From a virus (taxonomy: Duplodnaviria > Caudoviricetes), in IMG/VR virus record IMGVR_UViG_3300020045_001019, positions 1 through 48,045 of that record: DNA of 48,045 nt. One strand, 5' to 3'. This document shows positions 1-9,611 of the stretch, in pieces (positions within the stretch are counted from its first letter, which is position 1; every line of letters begins with the position of its first letter). The position numbers and the translations under genes were made by a program. The notes under the pieces are model-generated. The model was not told where the DNA came from and searched no databases. It worked only from the letters and a program-made list of their open reading frames with translations.

Positions 1-2
1 AG

Positions 3-380
3 CTAGAAGGTGTAGATAAACGATTAGTTGATATTGTAGAAGAAGTTGGTAAGACTAGGGACATTATTGTAATTGAAGGAGTACGAACTCTAGAACGACA
101 GAAAGAGCTTTATGCTCAAGGTCGTACTAAGCCAGGTAAAATGATTACTTGGACGTTAAAAAGTAAACATATTGAGGGTAAAGCTATTGATGTATGTCCT
201 TACATTAATAGGACAATTCCTTGGAATGATACGATTGCTTTTATGGACTTAGGTATTGAAATGCTTGATGTTGCACATAAGAAAGGTATCCTTATTCGTT
301 GGGGATATGACTGGGATGGTGACGAAAAGCTTTTAGAAATAGGAGAGTCCGACGGACCTCACTTTGAGCTAAGGGAATAA
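3..380 (+). CDS. Endolysin, M15 L-Ala-D-Glu peptidase family (5'-truncated by window edge)
   Basis: Frame open from base 3: LEGVDKRLVDIV...EGVRTLERQKELYAQGRTKPG...SKHIEGKAID...DGPHFEL. Contains M15 Zn motifs SxHxxGxAxD and DxPHFEL. The track start at 141 is internal. Confidence 0.9.
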   Translation, partial: LEGVDKRLVDIVEEVGKTRDIIVIEGVRTLERQKELYAQGRTKPGKMITWTLKSKHIEGKAIDVCPYINRTIPWNDTIAFMDLGIEMLDVAHKKGILIRWGYDWDGDEKLLEIGESDGPHFELRE

Positions 381-381
381 T

Positions 382-822
382 ATGAGTTTCTGGGGAAAAG
401 TATTTGGAACAGATGAAGCTATTACAGCCACTGTTGGGGCTGTTAGGGATGGTCTAGACTCTCTTGTTTATACGAATGAAGAGAAAGCTAACGACGCTGC
501 TAAAGAACGCTCAGAAGCCCGTTCAATGCTTGTACAGTGGATGGAAGCTACACAAGGACAGAACCTAGCACGTAGAGTTATTTCGTTGGCTATTACAGGT
601 GTATGGCTTCTCCAATACATTGTTGCTCAAATTGCTTCTTCTATTGCAATTTTCTGGACAACAAAATCGAGTGAATTAAATCAACTCGCTAAAGTACAGA
701 TGGATAGTGCGGAAGCTATGTCTTCTGCTGTTATGTTAATTCTTGCTTTTTATTTTGCAGCACCACATATGGGTGACTTCGCTAAAGCAGTAATTACTAA
801 ATTTGAATCAAAGGTTAAATAA
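382..822 (+). CDS. Putative holin
   Basis: Two hydrophobic segments (VISLAITGVWLLQYIVAQIA; AVMLILAFYFAA); directly follows the endolysin. Confidence 0.7.
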   Translation: MSFWGKVFGTDEAITATVGAVRDGLDSLVYTNEEKANDAAKERSEARSMLVQWMEATQGQNLARRVISLAITGVWLLQYIVAQIASSIAIFWTTKSSELNQLAKVQMDSAEAMSSAVMLILAFYFAAPHMGDFAKAVITKFESKVK

Positions 823-2919
823 ATGGCAAAACTAGAACTTTCAGATACGGTTAGTGGATATAATCTTTCTGTACTAAATGATAATTTTCAAAAGATTGAA
901 ACAGAGCTAAAAGACAAAGTTGTATATCGGGATGAAGTCTCTCCCATGGAGCGTACTCTTGATATGAATGGTAATAAAATTATTAACCTAGGAACTGCGG
1001 TACATAGTGGAGAAGCTGTTCCCCTTAATCAGCTTATCAGCCTAATTGATGTTATTGATGCTGCTGAGATTGATCCCTTTATTCGATCAGAACTTATCGA
1101 TATATCTGGTGCAGGGATGGTTGGGAGTGATGATGGCGCTAGTGGGACTAAATGGACGACTGTAGAAGGTTTTGTTGAAAAAACCTCTTCTTCCTCTGGT
1201 TCATCTGTAGTAGGACATCTCCCTACCGGGGCTGGTTCAATACCAACTACAGTTCAAGAACAACTAAGACTTATACAAGATTTCACTATTAACGTGAAAA
1301 ATGCCCCTTATTATGCAAAAGGAGATGGAGTAACGGACGACGGCCCTGCAATAAATGCAGCAATAGCGTATGCAAAATCACTGAGCGCCCCCGGAGGAGG
1401 GACTTATAGAGCGGTAATAGAGCTTCCTGCTGGCTTTTACTACACAACTGTTCCAATTAATCTAACAAAGATTAACGGTATATGCTTACGGGGAGTGGGC
1501 TCACGTTATGTAAATACAGGCATCATTGGAAACACTTCTGGAATTATTATTGATGCCGTAGGATCGTCATCATGTTTAATTGAAAATCTTAGCATTCTCT
1601 CCTTGGCAGGATTTGGAGCTACTAGGTCAACTATTGGGGTTCTTTTGGCCCTGGCTGAGGATGGTGGATTGAATTGCCGAGTATCAAACTGTTATATTAG
1701 TTTGGATGATTTTCCAACAGCAAATTCCGGGGTTGGTAGCATTGGAATTGCAAACTCTAGAAGTGAAGAATGTGCATACGATAACTGTATCGTGAAGGCT
1801 AATGCGCCACTCATCTTCACCGCTAATCCAGATTTAACTACAACTGGATACTTATCATTTGTCATTAGCAGCCCAAATGCCACGGTGACCCCGGGATATG
1901 GATCAATGGGGGTAGCTAAGATGGCAGCAGCAAGTATTGTTGCGTACGAAAAACGCCAAGCTGCAATTACTCTTAATGCTACAAATAGTATTAACTTTGA
2001 TGGCTATATAAGCAGGGTCGGATCCGGTTTAGGCGATGTTGAGTACGCAATCATGTCTAGCAACCAATGCAGTAATTTGAGATTCAATGGAACTATTGAG
2101 AATTTTTCAACGGCATTCAAGAATATCAATTCTAGTGTGCTTAATAGCTCAATTGATCTTGTTATAGCAAATATAACTAACAATACTTTTCCGGTTTTTG
2201 ATTTTACAGGGACAAGCACTATCTTAGGTGGACACTATTGCGCATCAATTCCTAATATATCTGAGCGGAATCGCATGATTGCTTACACTGCGCCTGTAGC
2301 GGGAGGGGACGTAGCGGTTAGCACCTACGTAAATAATGTGGTGTTTTGTGCCCCAGACACTGTGGATAATAATTACATGATGTCTTCTAACTTGCGTAAG
2401 AACTGCACTAACGTAGTTTTAAACAGTTCTTCACAACCAACTAAGATGGGTAGTGGAAAAAATGTCGCAAACTTTACCCAAAAAGTAGCAGCGGGTCAAA
2501 TTGGCAGCCCGGCACAATGCACTGTTATGCGGTTTTCTACTGCTGATAAGTTGACTACTACTAGCGGCAACGGGGGAGTTTACGCAGTAAAAATTAGAGG
2601 CATCGTGCAAGTTGGTGCATACGGGTCTGGAACCCATACATCCCAGTCTTTTGATGCAACAGTGATCTTATCACAAGCACAAAATGGAGGCCATGGGCCT
2701 ATCGTACCGTCCGTGACTCTTGGGGCAAAATCCGCAGTTGACGTCTCAAATGCGGATATTACTGGAGTAACTGTGAATATTTCCATTACAGGAACTATCG
2801 GATCAGTTCTTGTTTTACCTGCTACAGCCGGTACAGGCGTTGGGGAGCCAATATATGTAACCGCTGAGGTAGAGATATTTAGCGACTTTGCAGTTAATTC
2901 CAGCATTTTATTTGCATAA
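823..2919 (+). CDS. Tail fibre/tailspike with pectin-lyase-like beta-helix (possible depolymerase)
   Basis: Podophage fibre-type N-terminus (LDMNGNKIINL); beta-helix cap INVKNAPYYAKGDGVTDDGPAINAAI; Asn/Ser/Ile-rich body. Confidence 0.8.
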   Translation: MAKLELSDTVSGYNLSVLNDNFQKIETELKDKVVYRDEVSPMERTLDMNGNKIINLGTAVHSGEAVPLNQLISLIDVIDAAEIDPFIRSELIDISGAGMVGSDDGASGTKWTTVEGFVEKTSSSSGSSVVGHLPTGAGSIPTTVQEQLRLIQDFTINVKNAPYYAKGDGVTDDGPAINAAIAYAKSLSAPGGGTYRAVIELPAGFYYTTVPINLTKINGICLRGVGSRYVNTGIIGNTSGIIIDAVGSSSCLIENLSILSLAGFGATRSTIGVLLALAEDGGLNCRVSNCYISLDDFPTANSGVGSIGIANSRSEECAYDNCIVKANAPLIFTANPDLTTTGYLSFVISSPNATVTPGYGSMGVAKMAAASIVAYEKRQAAITLNATNSINFDGYISRVGSGLGDVEYAIMSSNQCSNLRFNGTIENFSTAFKNINSSVLNSSIDLVIANITNNTFPVFDFTGTSTILGGHYCASIPNISERNRMIAYTAPVAGGDVAVSTYVNNVVFCAPDTVDNNYMMSSNLRKNCTNVVLNSSSQPTKMGSGKNVANFTQKVAAGQIGSPAQCTVMRFSTADKLTTTSGNGGVYAVKIRGIVQVGAYGSGTHTSQSFDATVILSQAQNGGHGPIVPSVTLGAKSAVDVSNADITGVTVNISITGTIGSVLVLPATAGTGVGEPIYVTAEVEIFSDFAVNSSILFA

Positions 2920-2937
2920 AATATATACATATAAAAT

Positions 2938-3435
2938 ATGAATAAACAAGAACTTATGCTAGATAGTATGGGTAAGTTTCGTACCCAATCTCTTTTTTTA
3001 GAACTTGGGTATACTGAAGGCTCCTTATTTACCCTTAAAGATGAAGATTATACTTATAATGAAAGAGTATATCCTTCGTTAAAGAAACTATACCTAGAAA
3101 CTGCTGATCCTACTGAATACCTCTTTGCCAAGGAATACCTCCTTGGCTGGAGGCATTGGCAGAGGATGTGTGAAAACCAAGCTATTCGTAAACATATCGA
3201 CGAATGGCGTGAAGAACTGGAAGTTGCTCTTCGTTCCAAAGCAATTGGTGATGCTATTACAGCAGCTAAGACAGGAAACTTTCAAGCTGCTAAATGGGTT
3301 GCTGATCGTGGATGGAGTACACGAGGAGCTGGACGGCCCACTAAGGCTGAACTAGAACGAGAAAAGAAAATACAGTCTGCTATTGGTGAAGAATACAATA
3401 GCGATGTAATTAGAATGTTTCAAAAACAAGGTTGA
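2938..3435 (+). CDS. Probable terminase small subunit
   Basis: 165-aa helical protein immediately upstream of TerL; C-terminal RGAGRPTKAE motif. Confidence 0.65.
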   Translation: MNKQELMLDSMGKFRTQSLFLELGYTEGSLFTLKDEDYTYNERVYPSLKKLYLETADPTEYLFAKEYLLGWRHWQRMCENQAIRKHIDEWREELEVALRSKAIGDAITAAKTGNFQAAKWVADRGWSTRGAGRPTKAELEREKKIQSAIGEEYNSDVIRMFQKQG

Positions 3436-3438
3436 TGA

Positions 3439-5052
3439 ATGGCACAAGATGATGAAATCTGGCGCAAGGAAGCTAAACTAAAACTTGAAAGAATGCCACA
3501 AGAGGCTAAAGAGATTAGGGAAACTGCGCTTAATGATCTCTTCTTCTTTGCTCGTTTAATCAATCCTGGATATCTTTATGGAGATGTTCATAAAGATATT
3601 TTTAAATGGATGGAGGCTTATACCCTTTATGGGCAAGGTGCCATTAATGTAACAAATAAGCTTATTATGCTTCCACGGGCCCATTTAAAGAGTCACATGG
3701 TGGCTACATGGGCAACTTGGATTATTGCCAGGCATCCTGAAGTAACTATTCTATATGTTTCAGCTACCTCAGGTCTTGCTGAGACTCAGTTGTTTGCTAT
3801 TAAGAATATTCTAGAGAGTCAAGTATTTACTCGTTACTTCCCTGAATACATTAATCCACAAGAAGGTAAACGAGAAAAGTGGAGTCAAACATCAATTTCT
3901 ATTGATCACGTTAAGCGACGTAAAGAAGGCATTCGAGATGCCACTATCTCTACAGCAGGTTTAACAACTAATACGACAGGATGGCACGCTGATATTCTTA
4001 TTCCAGATGACTTAGTTGTTCCTGAGAATGCATATACAGAAGATGGTCGTTTAAGCGTATCTAAGAAAGCTTCTCAATTTACTTCTATTCTTAACGCAGG
4101 TGGCTTTACAATGGCTTGTGGGACTCGTTACCACCCTTCTGATATTTATGCAGATTGGAAGAAACAAGAATTTGACATTTATGATGAGAACGAAGATATT
4201 GTAGATCGAATGAATGTATGGGAGATTAAAGAGTATGCTGTAGAGCATGATGGAATCTTTATCTGGCCTCGTACAGTTAGACCTTTAGATGGTAAGTCTT
4301 TTGGGTTTAATAATCAGACACTCGCTAAGATTAGAGCTCAGTATGAGGATAGGATTCAGTTCTATGCGCAATACTACAACGATCCTAATGATCCTGGTTC
4401 TAATCGTATTAGTAGGGATAAGTTTCAATACTACGATAGGAAGTTTCTAAAGCAACAGTATGGGCATTACTATTACAAGAGTAAGAAATTAAACGTATAT
4501 GCTGCTATTGACTTTGCTTTTAGTTTATCTAAGAAGTCAGATAATACAGCCATTGTAGTTATTGGTATTGACGAAGAAGGTTACATCTATGTGTTAGATA
4601 TTGATGTATTTAAGAGTGATAAAATCTCTGAATACTTCAGACATATTGCAGACCTGCACTCTAAATGGGAGTTTAAAAAACTAAGAGCTGAAGTAACAGT
4701 TGCACAAGCTATTATTGTCAGAGATTTAAAAGATACCCTTCGTTCAGAGGGATTGCAGTTGTCTATTGATGAACACCGTCCTACACGTAATGAAGGAACT
4801 AAAGAGGAACGTATCTCTTCTGCTTTGGAACATAGGTATGATAATCTATCTATTTGGCACTTTAAGGGTGGTTACATTGATATGCTCGAAGAAGAATTGG
4901 TCTTGGCTCGTCCTGCTCATGATGACATTAAAGACGCTCTTGCATGTGCTGTAGAAATTGCAGTTAAACCTAAAAGGTCTAGACGAGATGAGTTTAAAGA
5001 AGAAAGAAATGTTTTATATCATCCCCGTTTCGGTGGAATCAGGTATGCCTAA
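3439..5052 (+). CDS. terL: Terminase large subunit
   Basis: Walker A variant MLPRAHLKSH, Walker B ILIPDDL, motif III CGTRY, nuclease acidic motifs AAIDFA...DNTA and HDDIKDA. Confidence 0.93.
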   Translation: MAQDDEIWRKEAKLKLERMPQEAKEIRETALNDLFFFARLINPGYLYGDVHKDIFKWMEAYTLYGQGAINVTNKLIMLPRAHLKSHMVATWATWIIARHPEVTILYVSATSGLAETQLFAIKNILESQVFTRYFPEYINPQEGKREKWSQTSISIDHVKRRKEGIRDATISTAGLTTNTTGWHADILIPDDLVVPENAYTEDGRLSVSKKASQFTSILNAGGFTMACGTRYHPSDIYADWKKQEFDIYDENEDIVDRMNVWEIKEYAVEHDGIFIWPRTVRPLDGKSFGFNNQTLAKIRAQYEDRIQFYAQYYNDPNDPGSNRISRDKFQYYDRKFLKQQYGHYYYKSKKLNVYAAIDFAFSLSKKSDNTAIVVIGIDEEGYIYVLDIDVFKSDKISEYFRHIADLHSKWEFKKLRAEVTVAQAIIVRDLKDTLRSEGLQLSIDEHRPTRNEGTKEERISSALEHRYDNLSIWHFKGGYIDMLEEELVLARPAHDDIKDALACAVEIAVKPKRSRRDEFKEERNVLYHPRFGGIRYA

Positions 5053-5062
5053 GAGGAAATAA

Positions 5063-6808
5063 ATGGCTAATAAACCCCTACAGCTCGCGTCAGTTAGAGA
5101 AGACCTTGCTAAATATGTTGCATTTGAATGGCATCGTCATAACTCTCAACGACATGAGAAGATTGCTCTTTGGAAAGAACTTCGTAATTATGTCTTTGCT
5201 ACAGATACAACAACTACCACTAACAAATCGCTTCCTTGGAAGAACAGTACAACTCTGCCTAAGCTTTGTCAGATCAGAGACAATCTCCATTCCAATTACA
5301 TCTCTGCTCTTTTTCCAAATGATGAATGGCTAAGGTGGGAGGCCTATACGCGTGATGATGCTGCTAAAGGTAAAACTGAGGCCATAGTAGCATACATGTC
5401 AAACAAAGCGCGTGAGAGCCATTTTAAGATGGAACTTAGCCAGTTGTTGTATGACTACATTGACTACGGCAACGCTTTTGCTACAGTAGGCTTCCAAAGC
5501 TCATATGCTGATGATGGTAAAGGTAATAAAACAACTAACTATGTTGGTCCTCGTATCCATCGTATTAGTCCTTTAGATATTGTGTTTAATCCTCTAGCTA
5601 ACTCTTTTCGAGAAAGTTATAAGATTATTCGTTCTATCAAACCTATTGGTGAACTTATTCGTATGGCTAAGGACAACCCTAGTCAATACGGATTTTTTGA
5701 AGAAGTTTTTATTAAACGAAATAAAGTTATGCAGTATGCAAATGCTTATGGTATTGAGGATAATGACAAAGCAGAAGGTTTGCAAGTAGATGGGTTTGGT
5801 AATTTTAATGACTATCTTCAAAGCGGATATGTAGAGCTTCTTACGTTCTATGGTGACTTGTTTGATAATGAGACAGGTAAGCTAGAAGACAACCAAGTAG
5901 TAACCGTCGTAGACCGCATGTATGTGTCCGACAAGCGCCCGTTAGACACGTGGTTAGGTCATGCCCCCATCTATCACGTTGGATGGCGTAAACGCCCGGA
6001 TAACCTGTGGGCTATGGGTCCATTGGATAATCTGGTTGGTATGCAATATCGGATTGACCACTTAGAGAATCTTAAAGCAGACGCAATGGATTTGGCTGTT
6101 CTTCCTCCTCTTGTTATTGCAGGTGAAGTGGAAGAGTTTGAATATGCTCCCGGTAAAGAAATTCACATTGACGAGAATGGTTCAGTAACAGAACTTGGTA
6201 AGAATGCCCAATGGGTTATTACTGCTGAGAATGGTATTGACAAGCTTGAGATGCGAATGGAACAATACGCAGGTGCTCCACGAGAAGCTATGGGTATTCG
6301 TTCAGCAGGGGAGAAGACAGCATTTGAAGTACAACAGCTCAACAATGCTGCTGGTCGTATCTTTCAAGAAAAGGTTAGTACGTTTGAAACAGAGCTGTTA
6401 GAGCCCTCTCTTAACGCTATGTTGGAAGCTGCTAAACGAAACATGGATATGACAGATTGGGTTAAAGTAATTGATAATGATTTAGGTGTTACTCAGTTTA
6501 TGGAAATTACGAAAGACGACATTACAGCATCTGGTATTCTTCGTCCTATTGGTGCTAGACACTTTGCTGCTCAATCTCAGCTTGTACAAAATCTAACATC
6601 TATCTCTAATACACCTATCTGGCAACAGATTGCCCCCCACGTTAGTTCTAAACGTCTAGCGACATTGGTAGAGGACGTATTGAATCTCAATCGTCATCAG
6701 CTTATCCGTCCTAACGTAGCTATCACAGAGCAACAAGAAACAGCTAGACTTGGTAATCAAGCTAGTGAAGACCTTCAAGTTGAACAATCTATTCCTGTAC
6801 AACCTTAA
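5063..6808 (+). CDS. Portal protein
   Basis: 581 aa after TerL; RISPLDIVFNP, WAMGPLDNL and KTAFEVQQL segments typical of podoviral portals. Confidence 0.88.
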   Translation: MANKPLQLASVREDLAKYVAFEWHRHNSQRHEKIALWKELRNYVFATDTTTTTNKSLPWKNSTTLPKLCQIRDNLHSNYISALFPNDEWLRWEAYTRDDAAKGKTEAIVAYMSNKARESHFKMELSQLLYDYIDYGNAFATVGFQSSYADDGKGNKTTNYVGPRIHRISPLDIVFNPLANSFRESYKIIRSIKPIGELIRMAKDNPSQYGFFEEVFIKRNKVMQYANAYGIEDNDKAEGLQVDGFGNFNDYLQSGYVELLTFYGDLFDNETGKLEDNQVVTVVDRMYVSDKRPLDTWLGHAPIYHVGWRKRPDNLWAMGPLDNLVGMQYRIDHLENLKADAMDLAVLPPLVIAGEVEEFEYAPGKEIHIDENGSVTELGKNAQWVITAENGIDKLEMRMEQYAGAPREAMGIRSAGEKTAFEVQQLNNAAGRIFQEKVSTFETELLEPSLNAMLEAAKRNMDMTDWVKVIDNDLGVTQFMEITKDDITASGILRPIGARHFAAQSQLVQNLTSISNTPIWQQIAPHVSSKRLATLVEDVLNLNRHQLIRPNVAITEQQETARLGNQASEDLQVEQSIPVQP

Positions 6809-7066
6809 ATGAAAACAGTCTGGACATCTGGACTGAAGGACAAGGAGAAGCAAGAAATCATACAAGATTTTAAGGCTTCTCCCGCCCTTCGGTCACGCTT
6901 AATTAAAATTCTCGACGGTAAGATAGGGGCTACAAGAGCCTCTTCTTTATCAAAAGATATGTATTTATCCCCTTCGTGGGCGTACCAACAAGCTGACGCA
7001 GTAGGATACGAACGAGCTTTACGAGAGGTTATATCACTTTTTGACGAAAAAGATGTCGATAAGTGA
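6809..7066 (+). CDS. Hypothetical protein after portal
   Basis: 85-aa ORF abutting the portal stop; SPSWAYQQAD motif. Confidence 0.7.
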   Translation: MKTVWTSGLKDKEKQEIIQDFKASPALRSRLIKILDGKIGATRASSLSKDMYLSPSWAYQQADAVGYERALREVISLFDEKDVDK

Positions 7067-7084
7067 TTAAAATCTAGGTATAAG
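7055..7084 (+). promoter_or_regulatory. Putative phage late promoter GTCGAT-N18-TATAAG
   Basis: Same motif and 18-nt spacing as the copies upstream of four HNH genes; precedes the tRNA/scaffold/capsid genes. Confidence 0.6.
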
Positions 7085-7097
7085 TAGTCACTTACAA

Positions 7098-7150
7098 GTA
7101 TACTTACTCCCGAGTGAACGAAGTGAAAGAGTGAGTAAGAATAAATACTA
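7098..7150 (+). repeat. Hairpin element copy A
   Basis: CTTACTC...GAGTAAG stem enclosing AGTGAACGAAGTGAA (7113-7127), which is identical to 46223-46237. Confidence 0.7.
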
Positions 7151-7167
7151 GTATATCTAACATATAC

Positions 7168-7242
7168 AGGGGTGTGTTGTAATGGTAACATACAGGTCTC
7201 CAAAACCTTGAGATGAGAGTTCGAGTCTTTCCACCTTTGCCA
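7168..7242 (+). tRNA. tRNA-Trp (CCA)
   Basis: Acceptor stem AGGGGTG/CACCTTT, D loop AATGGTA, anticodon arm CAGGT-CTCCAAA-ACCTT (CCA at 7200-7202), T arm GAGAG-TTCGAGT-CTTTC, encoded 3' CCA. Confidence 0.92.
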
Positions 7243-7265
7243 GTAATTAACATAGAAAAGAATAA

Positions 7266-8099
7266 ATGTCTGACCAGACTACACAATCTTCAATCTTTAA
7301 TAAAGAACAATCGACTGAACAACAGTCAAACACGACTATTAGCACTAGTCAAACTCAATCGTCACCTGATCCTCTGAATGACCTTCTAGGACAGATTAAG
7401 AACGAACGAGGAGAGCCGAAGTACAAATCGGTTCAAGATGCTTTAAACGGCTTGCTTCACGCTCAAAATCACATCCAAACACTGCTGACTGAAAAAAGGC
7501 AAGTGGATGAAGAATTGAATACATTGCGTCCAGTAGCTGTTAAGGTTTCTGAACTTGAGAAAGTCGTAGAGAGGCTCACTCAACCTAGTCAATCCCAAAC
7601 TGTTACACCAACAGCACAACAAGGATTTACGGAAGAGCAGGTTGCTAAACTCGTTGAACAAACGATGACACGTAATCAACAACAGACAGTAGCTAAAGCT
7701 AACTTGGAAAGTGTTGTGAACAGTGTCAAAAAGTACTTTGGAGATAAGGCTGAAGAAGTCTTTTACGCTAAAGCTGCTGAGCTTGGTATGAATCAAGCAG
7801 AGATTAATGCACTTGCTGCACGTACTCCTGCTGCTACTTTGAAACTTCTAGGTATTACTGCTGTTACTCCAGCGTCTCCTAACATTCAAACTAGCTCAAT
7901 TAATACCTCTGCTTTGGAACCTAACAGACAGACATTCATTAGCCGAAACGCAACAAAACTTGAAGTTGGAGCTACCCATCAAGACATCATGAGGGAAGCG
8001 GAAGCCTCCCGTAAAATGGTTGAAGAGATGGGGCAACAAGGGATGTCTATTGATGACTTAACAAAGCCATCAAATTACTTTAAATATTTTGGAAAATAA
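7266..8099 (+). CDS. Capsid scaffolding protein
   Basis: Low-complexity Q/S/T N-terminus, coiled-coil character, immediately upstream of the major capsid gene. Confidence 0.8.
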   Translation: MSDQTTQSSIFNKEQSTEQQSNTTISTSQTQSSPDPLNDLLGQIKNERGEPKYKSVQDALNGLLHAQNHIQTLLTEKRQVDEELNTLRPVAVKVSELEKVVERLTQPSQSQTVTPTAQQGFTEEQVAKLVEQTMTRNQQQTVAKANLESVVNSVKKYFGDKAEEVFYAKAAELGMNQAEINALAARTPAATLKLLGITAVTPASPNIQTSSINTSALEPNRQTFISRNATKLEVGATHQDIMREAEASRKMVEEMGQQGMSIDDLTKPSNYFKYFGK

Positions 8100-8108
8100 G
8101 GAATAATA

Positions 8109-9062
8109 GTGGCTCAAAATCGTGCTAATAGCACTGCTTTTATTGAAGCAGAGCAATACTCTGCATTCATCTTGCGTAATCTGCATGATGGTATGCTCCC
8201 TGGTGTTATGTATCGTAATGTTACCGACTTCGGTTCTGGTAGCACTCTCCACATCAAAACTGTTGGTTCTGTAACCATTCAGGATGGTGCTGAAGAAGTC
8301 CCCTTCGCATACTCTCCTATCGAATCTGGTGAAGTGACTCTGACTATTACTGACTATGTTGGTGATGCTTGGTATGTTACTGACGAGCTTCGTGAAGATG
8401 GTGCTCAAGTGGAAGCTCTGATGTCTGCTCGCTCTAGCGAGTCTACTCGTGCTATCCAAGAAGTGTTTGAAACTCGTTTCTTGAAGAAGTGTAACACCTC
8501 TCAAGTTAATGCTAATGCAAACTTGGTCAATGGTTTTGCTCACCGTATCGCTTCTGCTGTTGCTACCGTTGGTAGTGAGAACACAGCAACGACTGCTCAC
8601 TTCATTCAAATGAAGCTTGCTTTTGACAAGGCTAATGTTCCCATGGCTGGCCGTGTTGCTATCGTTGATCCTGTGGTTGGTGCTACGATGGATGGTTTGG
8701 TTTCTATCAGTCGTGATGTTACCCCATTTGGTCAGAAGATTCTTGAGAACGGTTTTGATCGTGATCACACCTTCTTGATGAACCTGTATGGCTGGAACAT
8801 CTTGACTTCTAACCGTCTGGATAAAGGTACTTTCTCTGATGGTACGACTTCTGTTACTGGTGCTGTTGCTAACGTGTTCATGAGCGTTGCTGATGACAAC
8901 AACAAGCCTGTGATGGCAGCATGGCGTCGGATGCCTAAGGTTGAAGGTGAACGCAATAAAGACCTTCGTCGTGATGAATTTGTAACTTCTGCTCGTTGGG
9001 GCTTTGGTACGCAACGTGTTGACACACTTGGTGTTCTCATCACCTCTGCAACCAAAATCTAA
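8109..9062 (+). CDS. Major capsid protein (GTG start)
   Basis: 317 aa after scaffold, SD AAGGA, strongly biased codon use, VPMAGRVAIVDP and C-terminal RWGFG motifs. Confidence 0.88.
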   Translation: MAQNRANSTAFIEAEQYSAFILRNLHDGMLPGVMYRNVTDFGSGSTLHIKTVGSVTIQDGAEEVPFAYSPIESGEVTLTITDYVGDAWYVTDELREDGAQVEALMSARSSESTRAIQEVFETRFLKKCNTSQVNANANLVNGFAHRIASAVATVGSENTATTAHFIQMKLAFDKANVPMAGRVAIVDPVVGATMDGLVSISRDVTPFGQKILENGFDRDHTFLMNLYGWNILTSNRLDKGTFSDGTTSVTGAVANVFMSVADDNNKPVMAAWRRMPKVEGERNKDLRRDEFVTSARWGFGTQRVDTLGVLITSATKI

Positions 9063-9077
9063 TTAAGGAAATTATAA

Positions 9078-9548
9078 ATGTCTTACGAAAATGGTACGGG
9101 CCTTGGTGTATATAATCAGTATGGCGCACGCTCTACTGGTGGTGCATATGGCAAGGAAACAGGTGATGGCAGCACTTTCCGTGTTGTCGTTGACTTGACT
9201 GGTGAAATGTTGAACAGTGGTTTTATCCCTCCTGTTTATGTGCCTAAGGGTGCATTGCTGGAAAAGGCAATGCTGGACGTTGATGAAGTGTTTGTTGTTT
9301 CGGCAGCAGGTACTGTGGCAATCGGTGGCACAGCCCCCGGCACTAATGGTGTTGTGTTGACTGAAGCCAAGCTGGAAGCAGTTGGTACTTCGTTGGTTAG
9401 CTCTCTTGCTATTGGTACTTGGGCTACGGCCTCTGCCACTGGCACTACGGCTTCTGAGAAGATTACTAAAGCAATCACTGGTACTGTAGCAGCTACCTCT
9501 GGTAAAGCTACGCTGGTGATGGACTTCTTCACCAAGACTAAAGCTTAA
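9078..9548 (+). CDS. Probable capsid decoration/minor virion protein
   Basis: G/T/A-rich 156 aa between the capsid gene and a terminator; capsid-like codon bias. Confidence 0.6.
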   Translation: MSYENGTGLGVYNQYGARSTGGAYGKETGDGSTFRVVVDLTGEMLNSGFIPPVYVPKGALLEKAMLDVDEVFVVSAAGTVAIGGTAPGTNGVVLTEAKLEAVGTSLVSSLAIGTWATASATGTTASEKITKAITGTVAATSGKATLVMDFFTKTKA

Positions 9549-9558
9549 TAAATAATAG

Positions 9559-9596
9559 AAGGGGACTTGCTTTTAGCTTGTCCCCTTTTCTTTTTT
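9559..9596 (+). terminator. Rho-independent terminator after capsid operon
   Basis: AAGGGGAC (9559-9566)/GTCCCCTT (9580-9587) stem followed by TTCTTTTTT. Confidence 0.85.
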
Positions 9597-9611
9597 GTAC
9601 AAAGGATAAAT

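Noticed and set aside
8070-9014. 314-aa antisense ORF over the capsid gene, and other shadow ORFs in the track
   Set aside because: Explained by codon bias of the sense gene; no SD or recognisable motif.
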